Positions 25,502 to 35,859 of a DNA stretch of 64,000 nucleotides are shown one piece after another (positions within the stretch are counted from its first letter, which is position 1; each line of letters starts with the position of its first letter). The position numbers and the translations under genes were made by a program. The notes under the pieces are model-generated. The model searched no databases, was not told the origin of the DNA, and was given only the letters and a program-made list of their open reading frames with translations. The stretch covers positions 16,638,101 to 16,702,100 of the forward strand of contig NC_092677.1 in the NCBI RefSeq assembly GCF_964355755.1, in the 5' to 3' direction. The stretch comes from Antedon mediterranea. Taxonomy: Eukaryota; Animalia; Echinodermata.

Positions 25502-25877
25502 ATGTCATCGAAGCGTGTGCATTGGCGAGAAACCGAAGTAAAATACCTTATTTCATTGTGGGGAAGCCCTGAGTTTCAGAGATCGGTTGGAAGTGAAAAA
25601 CTGGCGTAAAAGCACCGACAAAAGATGTCTGTGTTCAACGAGATGGCGGACACGTTAGCAGATGGGCCATCCTCATAAAGAAGGATTTAATATCCAAACG
25701 AAATTGAAGGGGTCGTCATATGAAGCGGCGAAAGACCGAGTAAATAAATCTGGAGCCGGTGCAAGTACGGGATTTGAACATTTTTCTGCCATAAATGATA
25801 TTTTAGGTCATAGACCAAATATAAACCCAAACCCCAAAACGATCGGCTGGTTGGTATGCCTGACAACCAATCGATAA
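25502..25877 (+). pseudogene. Harbinger Myb/SANT-like (trihelix) DNA-binding ORF remnant, frameshifted
   Basis: MSSKRVHWRETEVKYLISLWG... and IQTKLK..YEAAKDRVNKSGAG..FEHFSAINDILGHRP fit the Myb/SANT-like ORF of Harbingers. Confidence 0.8.
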
Positions 25878-26078
25878 TGCCGACCGAGCCCAAGTGTTCG
25901 GTCTAGGCCTGTAACTCCTAAACCAACCACTACTACTTTTAATAACAACGAAGGTAGGTCTATGCGTGTGTTAGAATTTGGTTAATCGCCAGCGAGTGAC
26001 ATCATATCCGTTTGTAACGCAACTTCGTTGCAATGAATCTGAACACTTTGCTCTTACGACGCTCATTAAAACAATAGG

Positions 26079-27287
26079 GTTGGTGAAATTCAGTCCAAAA
26101 TACGCAGAATTTTTTCCAAAATACGTCAAGTTGAGGGCGCTATACTAATCCAAAATACGCGAGTCTTTCCAAAATACGTCGAATTGGGGGCGCTATTCAT
26201 TTTCCAAAATAAGCGAATTGTCCAAAATACGTCAAGTTGAGGGCGCTAGTCATTTTCCAAAATACGCGATTTGTCCAAAATACGTCAATTTGGAACCGCT
26301 TGTAATTTTCCAAAATACGTCAACTTGAGAGCGCTATTTATTTTCCAAAATACGCAATTTAAATAACTCCTTTACTTCTTCTAACCAATTATTGGTATTA
26401 TTTTAATCACAATACCATATGCTTTTTATTATTATATATTATATGAAATAATTATTATGTTAGATTTCAGATTAGGTAACTTATTAGACCATAAGTACTG
26501 TACATTAAATTGAAAGCGATGTTGGTCTGTCGAGCTCGGGAAAAATATCGATTTTGTAGATCACCAAATATATAACACATACCTATGACTATACTTAAAT
26601 ACTATATACGTACATGCTGGTTTTGTAGCCGGTTTATGCCGCATTTAAACTAGCTACGTCTGGCAATGCAATCGTACATCGTTCAGACATTATTAACGTA
26701 TATTGTAGGCACTGTCTATTGACTGATGTTGGCACATATTTGTTGTTTTTCAGTAATAAATGATTACATTGAAAAATAATAATTGGCTACTCTATGACAT
26801 TTTATTTACAAAAAATTATGCCTTCTAATACTTTCATTTATAACTAAAATGAACTGTTTGTTTTATTCCAAGAAACTTTTTTTTAATACATTAAACTGTA
26901 ATTTTACCTTACACTCTCAATATTATGATACATTTGGAAAGGCTCTCGTATTTTGGAAAAAAAGTTTGCCGCCCTCAAGTTGACGTATTTTGGAAAATTA
27001 CTAGCGGTCCCAAATTGCAAATTGACGTATTTTGGACAAATCGCGTATTTTGGAAATAAATAGCGCCCTCAATTTGACGTATTTTGGACAATTCATGTAT
27101 TTGGGAAAATTTATAGCGCCCTCAACTTGACGTGTTTTGGACAATTCGCGTATTTTGGAAAATGAATAGCGCCCTCAAGCCGACGTATTTTGGAAAGACT
27201 CGCGTATTTTGGATTAGTATAGCGCCCTCAACTTGACGTATTTTGAAAAAAATTCTGCGTATTTTGGACTGATGTTCACCAACTGTG
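26079..27287. mobile_element. Foldback-type element nested in the Harbinger; ~280-bp inverted arms built from CCAAAATACG subrepeats
   Basis: GTTGGTGAAATTCAGTCCAAAATACGCAGAA... versus ...TTCTGCGTATTTTGGACTGATGTTCACCAAC. Confidence 0.85.
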
Positions 27288-27387
27288 ACTGGCTGTGATA
27301 CGAAAGCATAACTCCGTAGGTCTGAACATACCCTTAGACATCCAGTCCTAAAAGTCGATTAATTTTGTCGTCTTCTATTCCTGATAG

Positions 27388-27423
<36 letters not shown>

Positions 27424-27566
27424 CCATTATGCCGCCTTATATATCCATCTTTACACACAATGTTAGATAATGCCTGGTGTTTTATACATTCATTGTTTAT
27501 GAATACTGTATTGTTGTCAGTTTTCTTTCATATAGCACCCTCTGTTTAATTAGTGTGTGTGCAGTA

Positions 27567-27818
27567 CAGTAGAACCAATCATTTTGAACACTATTCAGGG
27601 GACACTAAAGGTACACTTTCCCGCGAAACGAGGGGAAAAAGTATGTTTTAATAAGTTAACTGCTGTTGAGTCCAGATTAATGGTTGTTCATTTTTGTATA
27701 ATAAACATGAACACCCTTATTATTTTGCTTAGTGTCTACTGATTAAGTTCCCTATTCAGGAACACACTCCAATTAATTTCGGGTCTCGAGGGTGTCCGCT
27801 TAATAGGGGTTCTAACTA
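27567..27818. mobile_element. Tc1/mariner-pogo-type MITE (degenerate)
   Basis: TA|CAGTAGAACC ... GGGGTTCTAACTA|TA termini with GGACAC/GTGTCC subterminal motifs. Confidence 0.5.
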
Positions 27819-28101
27819 TATTTAAACTTGTAATATTATTATTATATTATTTGAACTTTAGTCTCTAGTCACACTTCCCAAACTTCGACTTGTGCATTTG
27901 TCTGGTCCAGTACAGTGAAACTACTGTTTACTAACATAATTGTTACGTTTTTCTCTCTTACGTCGATCTCAGTAATATAACACAACAGTTACCCCTCTTG
28001 TTTACAATGTAGATGTGCAGCTACTATGTCATAGACATTTTGTCCTAACATACAATATCAAGATTTTTTCAGAAAGAATAGGCCTACTGTTTTTGGAAAA
28101 T

Positions 28102-31100
28102 ATGGTTGAATCAGGTAAAGTATTATATATTCGAATAAACTTTTTTTAAACATTTACTGCCATGATCGCCCATTTATCAAAGCATTTGGATACCATTATT
28201 ACTGTAACTTCTTGCTATTAATTGTGTTGTGTTTTGTTTCATATTTGGGAGTATTTTATAGAATATACATGTTACTATTTAAACACCCTATCGTATAATG
28301 ACCTATCTTCAGTAAATGCCTACCTTGAATGAAGCCTCACTCGAATTATCGCACCTATCTTTAGTAAATGCCTACCTTGAATGAAGCCTCACTCGAATAA
28401 TCGCACCCTTAAAACCGTCTAGAACAATAAACGCCCTAGACGTATTTTCGAACAAATACGGTACCTTAATGGTGAACAACCCAGGGTTCATATTATGATG
28501 ATGGGTACAACGATGACGATGATATGGTAATATAAGCCTATTGACGCCTCATTTAAACAAAACATATTTAATTTTGCCTTCTTTAATCCCTTTGCTTATA
28601 TTTTTTTCATTTTATTTCATTTAAGGATCTTATGGTCTGCAATATAGTCACTTTAAAAGCATTATGAATGCGCTTTATTTTCTTTAATGTTTCTAGAAAC
28701 ATCTGACAAATCGTTTAAAGAGGCTTTAGTATGTTTCTCAACTTGGTATGATGACCGATCACTCATCAGGAAACTGAAAGTTTTGTATCAAGGTTATATT
28801 GGAGAAGCTGACATATACAATGCCTGTAAAACGATGGACTTAATGAAACATTTGACTGATTCTGGAGACTTAAGTTCAAAAGATCTCACCCTTCTTTATG
28901 ATACCATAAAGGCCACTAAGTTTGCGATTGTAGACAAACTTCGAATTCACATTCCATCTTGTCCTGATGTTAAAGAATGGATTATTTCAAAATTCAGTCA
29001 TCATCATCAAAACATTATGAATTTAGGAAATGAACTAATAGAAGAGGATGTGATAAAAATTGATAATGTGTACAATGATTCTCCTAAGAATTATAAAGAT
29101 GGGTGGGATCTTATACTCCATCTACAACACAAAAACATCATTTCTGAAGAAAACGAGAAAAATGATAAATTTATTGAGACCTTAACAAATATTGGAATTC
29201 CTCGGGCTGTGGAACTCTTACCAAAGGTACGTTAATGTAGTTTATTAGAAAGCATATATTTCATAAGCAGTATTTTGCAAAACTATAAACATTACAATAT
29301 GTGTTTTAGTTGATGTATATGTATTGTATACTAAAATGATTATTAAGTATTAAATATCTGTCGTAATTTTATTCTCCCGAATGGTCGTAAAATCAAAACG
29401 GACTGACAACTAGTGTTCATGTTTCACAACCATTCATAGAAAATAAGGATGAAGTCTGTGGCCATGGCAACTGTAGAATTAAGCCGAGACATTTAGTTTG
29501 CCGATGTTTTTATTTTTTTTGTTATGAAAGAATGACATGCAAATGATGTGTCTTACTCTTTATAACCAGGCACTGCTAGTTGGTTCACTGTAATTTATTA
29601 ATAATGAATAACTATTTAACCAAAAATAAGACAGACGTTGGTATTAATTAATTATTGAAATCTGATAAATACTATAAAACATAAATTGCTGTCAATTTAT
29701 TTTCTATTTAGAGACTAAACTAACCGTAATTCTCATGGAACGAAAAAGAAAAACTTTTTTCTCCAGTGATACACCACCTAAAAAGTCTCTTGAGGAATTA
29801 CAAAGAAACCCTGATGAGAACCAATGTCCTTGCCAAAGTACAAATCCTGTTGATATTTTAGATAAACTACTAGAACATAAAGGCAATCTCAAGTTTGATG
29901 ATGCATTTGAATTTGCTGATAAACTACAGCATCTTGTTGACTACTACAAACGTCATGGTGTGAAATTATGTCATGTAGGAAAAGGATCATACGTCTTTCA
30001 CTTATCTGTAATTGATCCATATGCACTAATCAATTTGTGGACAATGCATGAAAGTGGACAGCTTCTGAAAGATCTAGCTGAAATATTAGCGGCAGATAAA
30101 AATCAACAGAAGTTATTCCAGGATGAATGGATCACACAAATTGATCAACTTGAATACCAAAATGCACTTTGTATGCTCAACAAAAAAGGTGAAAATCACT
30201 AATATCTCTAATAAAGGTGTTATTAAAACACTTCAATCCTATTTATTTCCAGTTAAACTAAAAGTGTCTGTTTTTTCACATTAAAAAAGGGTATGCTTAA
30301 GTCGACATGTAACTCAATTTCAGCTGAACGAATAGGAACTACTTGTATAATTATTAAGCATCTCACCGCAACTCATGCCAACAAATTTCGCGCAACTGTG
30401 AGTTAATTGCAGTTTCATTCAATTGCTCTGCACTCATTTCGACCAGTTGTTGAGTTCCGTGTCTCAACGTATAACACCACTTACTACTTTATTTGCACAA
30501 GCTTTTAACACAAAGTAACATTTTAAGAAATTTCAGACACTAGGGTTTTTAAACAGTTTATAATTATTGTAAACTCACAGTAATGTTTTTTTTAATATCT
30601 TATAAATTAGACAAATTAGAAGAGTTTGAGAATGAATCTGTTAAATTAAAAACAGGTAAGATACTGTTGTTAATATTGTTGTTCTGTTTCCTTTCTTTAA
30701 ATTCTCTTTAGTTCAAACATTACTGTACAAAACACATCAATTAGGCCTACACCTTTATTCTCCAATACAAATTGTTTAAATCGCTACTATACTATTGATT
30801 TAATTTTGTATTCTACCTAATGTTAGAGAAATCAATAATAGAGTGGAAATCTGAGAATGTATCCATTTCGGAATTATTGCAAGTAAAACATGGTGAATCA
30901 ACAGAAGGTAAGTAATTCAGTGTTTATGTTATATTCATGTTCATATTTGTTTAAGTTCACATAAGGATAATTGGTTAAAACATTTTCTTTAATTTGATCT
31001 GTGTTTATAAACACACTACTAAAAATGCAAAGTTTTATAAATCCCCTTATTAGAATAGAATAAACCTTGCAATTTAAATGTGGCACATTAATTATAATCT

Positions 31101-33598
31101 TGAGCAGCAGTTTTTTTTTTTGTTATCCAAATAACATTGCAAACAATTACGAACAGCTCAACAACCAGATTGTAACAATATTAATAAATGGCGAGATTTG
31201 TTTCGGTTTCTTTCAGGTGAGTTGAGAAGGTATGTAAAAAGAAAACTTGAACAAAAACAAATTTCTTTAAAAACAGAGGAATTTGATGAAGCAGTGACAA
31301 GTAGCAAATATGTTACAAGTAAAGGTGGGTATAGAAATATAAAAAATGTATACACTATATAATGTTTAAAGTGTACTATGACGTCATATGACTACCATAT
31401 TGAGGAACATCACACCTTGATAAAAACAAATGAAAGTGTAGACAGGGCTTAAGGCTCAGACAAATAATATAATGAAAGGTTACGTTTTATCAATAATTTT
31501 AAAAATATAAGTGTTCAGATGATTAACATTAAAATTACTGTTACGGTTGTTTGTTGATGCATCGCAAATTAATAAATTATCATCATTTATGACATGCTTT
31601 TCCAAAATCACTGAATGTAGTCACGTCTGCTCATTGGCGAGCATCAAAATTACTGCTGCAAATAAAAATGTGTGTACGACCCAGCATATAACTTGTTTTC
31701 AATTTACCACGTGCCTTTTATATTCATTCCATGTATTGCTATGGCTTTAAAAGTGCTGTCGTGGGTTTTCCACGGGGTTTTACTCCATGGGTTTCAAACG
31801 TTTTGCCATGATATTTAGAATAACATTTACCGTGACTGGTGTTTATGCTTCTTATTTGTTATGTGTATTCTTTGTTAAAGGTCTTGATGGAGATTACATA
31901 GAGAACATATGTACTTCTTTGAGGAGAGTTTGCAATTACATAGTGCCTTATGAGGGTGTGCCAAGAGATACTGATGTCATAAGATCGTTGAAAAGAATGG
32001 AATACGGCTCTGAATTGTTTAGATTGATTGAAAGAACCGAAATAACAGACGATATTGGGAAAATGTTAACTCATTTTTTGTTTGTTGTAACAAATGAAAG
32101 TAACTTTGTATCACAAGTTGTTGAATTATGTACCGACGATGTTGTAAAGGGTCTATCTGAGGAATTACACAAATTCAATTTCCAATACAATATTCGAGTA
32201 TTCTCGAATAAAACTGTTACTGAATCATTTTTATTTCATCTACTAAGTAATTCGCCAAGACTTCGTAGGGTTTGTTTAGGATTTAGGACAATACCAAGTA
32301 AAACTTTGACCAATACTGTTGATGCTCTAGCAACAGAAAAGGTTGTGTTGGAATTACGTCATCTTGATATCAGCACGAATAATCTTGGTAATATCGAAGG
32401 TACCTCACTAGCTATGTTACTGTCTATTTGCCCTAAACTACGATCATTATACATTTTCAACTGTAGTTTATCAGGTGCTATTATTGATGGTATAATAACC
32501 GAGTGTGTTAGTACGGAACAGGTGTTGAACTTAGATAGTCTTGATATCAGCCGTAATAATTTGAGTGATATCAAAGGTACCTCACTGGCTATGTTACTGA
32601 TGATTTCCCCTAAACTGAGATCCTTTTCCGTTTCTAACTGCAGTTTATCAGATGCTATTGTTGATTGTATGGTGAGCGAGTGTATTAGTAGGAAAATGGT
32701 TTTGAAATTAAATAATCTTAATATCAACTGCAATAATCTGAGTGAAATCAAAGTTATCTCAATTTCAATGCTACTGGCTATTTCCCCTAAACTACGATCC
32801 CTTTACATTTCTGATTGCAGTTTATCTAGTGCCATTTTTTATTGTCTGGTAAGTGAGTGTGTTAGTAGGAAACTACTGTTGAAAATAGATAATCTTACTA
32901 TTAGCCACAATAACCTCCGTCATATTAAAGGCAATTCACTTTCCCTGTTACTGGGTATTTCTCCGAAACTACGATCCCTTTACATTTCTTATTGCAGTTT
33001 ATCTAGTGCCATTTTTTATGGTATGGTCAGTGAGTGTGTTACCAGGAAACTCGTGTTAGAATTAGATCATCTCGATATCAGCTGCAATAATCTAAATGAT
33101 ATCAAAGGTAGCACACTAGCCATGTTACTATCTACTTCCTCTAAACTGCGATCATTTTACATTTCTAATTGCAGTTTATCTGGTGATATTGTTGATTGCA
33201 TGGTAAGTGAGTGTGCTAGTAAGAAAATCAAATTAGAATTAGATAGTCTTATTATTGACTGCAATAATCTAAAAAATATCAAAGGCTCCTCACTTGCCAT
33301 GCTATTGTCTATTGCCCCTAAACTGAAATCACTTTATATGTCTGATTGCCATTTATCAGGTGCTATTGTTGATGGTATGGCTATTGAGTGTGTTAATAAG
33401 AAACTAGTGCTGCAATTAGATTATCTTGATATCAGCAGCAATAACCTGAGTGATGTCAAAGATACCTCATTGTACTCACTGTTGTCTTTTGCTCCTGAAC
33501 TGGGATACCTTAACATGAAAGAATGCGGACTACCGGATTCTATAGTTGTTAATATAACCAAACACTTTACTAGTACAGAAGGTACCTTTGAACATTAG
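28102..33598 (+). CDS. NLR-like protein without NACHT: tandem DED-like domains, TRADD-N-like domain, short charged exons, LRR array. Exons 28102-28114, 28697-29226, ~29714-30188, 30611-30655, 30827-30907, 31217-31324, 31881-33598
   Basis: GT-AG exons with consistent phase, except the 29226/29714 junction, which needs a GAG acceptor or an unseen exon. DED-like helices (MDLMKHLTDSGDLSSKDLTLLYD; WDLILHLQHKNIISEEN), TRADD-N-like KGSYVFHLSV..ALINLWTMHESGQLLKDL, and seven 59-aa LRR pairs. AATAAA at ~33642. Confidence 0.8.
32348..33540 (+). repeat. 177-bp coding repeat (7 copies of a 59-aa A/B LRR pair)
   Basis: LxxLDISxNNLxxIKGxSLAMLLxIxPKLRSLYISxCSLS recurs seven times. Confidence 0.92.
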
Positions 33599-34227
33599 CT
33601 ATGTAAAACCACCTGCATTTTAATTATCATATTAATATGTTAAATAAAATCTCAAACATCTTCTTTTGGCTGTAGGCCTGTAAATAAAATGTTTAGTATA
33701 GCAACTGTAGTCCTACCCACATTATACAAGTCATACAAAATGTGTCTTCTAGTATAAGTTATAACATATCATACCATTTAACCCAGTGATGCTTTAATTA
33801 AATTGTTATTTTTTAATTATTTTTTTATGAAACAATTATAAGGCCTTGGCATAAAATTGCTAATAAATATATGAATAAATAATATTATCTTTATGTTTGT
33901 GCATTACTATGAAAGTTACGAAATTGAGTGTACATCAACGTACACATAAAATCGGTATTATAATTGAATAAGGGAAAAAAGGTTTGTTATTGTAAAACTC
34001 TGAAAAAAAGCCGGATGAACGGATGACGCCCTATTAACTATCACTGTTATGTGTATTACCGCAGTGACTGATCAAAATAGATTAAAAAAATATAGACATT
34101 GCAGATGCTAAAGCAATATAGGTCCATAGTTGTTCTTATTAGTAATATCACCTCTTAACAAGGCCAACAGCCATAAGTCGCGTGCTAAAACGCATAGTGA
34201 TACCGGACCGACAGACCGACCGACATA

Positions 34228-35859
34228 GGGTCTGTTTCTGCTGCATAACGCAATTTAACCGGTTATTTTTAAATAGATTAAAAATAGATAACAATAACAA
34301 GACCGCGTTTCTGCTCAATTTGTGCTCCGAAATAACCGGTTAAATCTATGGGTGGTCGTCGAGCAAAACGTCATCATTACCCAAAATGCAATACACTCAG
34401 ACGGAAGTAGTAAGTTGGCTGTTTGTTTACATCGACGTCGTCAGTACACACGTGTGTATATCGCCGAACATCTCAAACATGTTAAAATAATAAAATGTTG
34501 TCTACAGATCTACAAGTTTTGTTTTTTTGTAAAGCCTACTTACTGATCGCTAATAAAATTAATTCTCATGGCGCCTTCAATAACATGGGGAGGGTCGTGC
34601 AGCGCCCGATCGCCTAGGATAATTTTTATCTAGCCTAAAATTCATCAACAAAGGCGATGATGATACGGCCCTTACCACGTGAACGACTGTTGTCTTTCGC
34701 GAGCGCGGTCCTACAAAAAACCAAACGGAAACAAAAACGAGACTTAGAATGTTGCAATACCTACCAAACGAGAGTAGATAATTGTTAATTAATTATGATT
34801 CATGAAACCCTAACTTTTATAGCAAAAATCGTCCGAATTTGTGTTAAAAACGACGAGTTTAGCCACAAAAACTTAAATCAAACGAGAGTATCCAAGTCAT
34901 AGAATATCGCACGCACATAGTGCCTTTAATAGAATAATGAGTATTAAACATTGTTTCGCATAATATTATGTACTAACATAAATAATAACACATTTCTATG
35001 CTTAATAAAATCATATTTAATATATTATCAAAGGCTCTCATAACCTTTGTTTTCGGTCGATGTGATGTTTTTCTAAAAAAAAATTATAAAACGGTCAAAT
35101 TAAGATTGTTCATTGTTCTCCTATTAAAGGCACTAAGGGCGTGCCATAAATACGCTCGTTTGGATTAAGTTTTTGTTGCTAAATTCATCGTTTATAACAT
35201 AAATTCGGATGATTTTTGCTATAAAATTTGGGTTTTCATAATCAATTAACCATTATCTACTATCGTTTGGTAGGTATTTGCAACATTTTGAGTCCCTTTT
35301 GTTTCCGTTTTGGTGTTAATATAGGACCATCCATACCCTTCGCGAGCGTGTACTAACGCCTCAGATTGCTTAGCTTGGGTAGTCCCCGGAACTCCACCCC
35401 AAATTCCTCTTTTACTTTCACAAAAATGCTCTTATTTATTATCTGTGATTCTTTTCTATTGCCTGCCATCCTTCCCCGTACTTTCTCTCCCTCCACAACT
35501 GAATAACATATCTTGTGATTTCATTCATCCACATACATGTTCACTTCTTCGTTCGACTGTCAAAACCACGAGGAAAACACACACCGTATGCGACGGTATC
35601 TGACCCGGGGTCACAACTGTCAATCAAATAACCGTTATTTCGTGTTGCAGCTAATTGCTCAGCGATAACCGGTTAAACGGCGTTCTAACACCGATTTAAA
35701 TTGGTGTTTTTAACCGGTTATTTTGCGCTGCCTTTTAACCGGTTACCACAAATTTGTCCTGTTTCTGCTGCCAAGAAAATGGAGTTAATTTATTCACACC
35801 GATTTTAATTTATTCACACCGATTTTAACCGGTTATTTTTATGCAGCAGAAACAGGCCC
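34228..35859. mobile_element. PIF/Harbinger-type MITE with 3-bp TSD
   Basis: TIRs GGGTCTGTTTCTGCTGCATAA / TTATGCAGCAGAAACAGGCCC; ATA TSD at 34225-34227 and 35860-35862; repeated TAACCGGTTA subterminal motifs. Confidence 0.88.
34707..35328. mobile_element. Foldback MITE with ~240-bp diverged inverted arms, nested in the Harbinger MITE
   Basis: GGTCCTA..AAACGGAAACAAAA..TACCTACCAAACGA..GTGCCTTTAATAG versus CTATTAAAGGCAC..TCGTTTGGTAGGTA..TTTTGTTTCCGTTT..TAGGACC. Confidence 0.8.

Larger units (their letters stand above)
25130..27333 (+). mobile_element. PIF/Harbinger non-autonomous transposon
   Basis: ~36-bp TIRs GGGCCTGTTCAGACCTACGGAGTTATGCTTTCGTAT / ATACGAAAGCATAACTCCGTAGGTCTGAACATACCC; TTA TSD at 25127-25129 and 27334-27336. 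Confidence 0.92.

Noticed and set aside
31787-31880. ATG at 31787 and a hydrophobic N-terminus as the start of a membrane LRR protein
   Set aside because: This stretch is a pyrimidine-rich intron end with an acceptor at 31880 in the phase required by the upstream exon.
32359-32751. Antisense 130-aa ORF
   Set aside because: Shadow of the LRR coding repeat.
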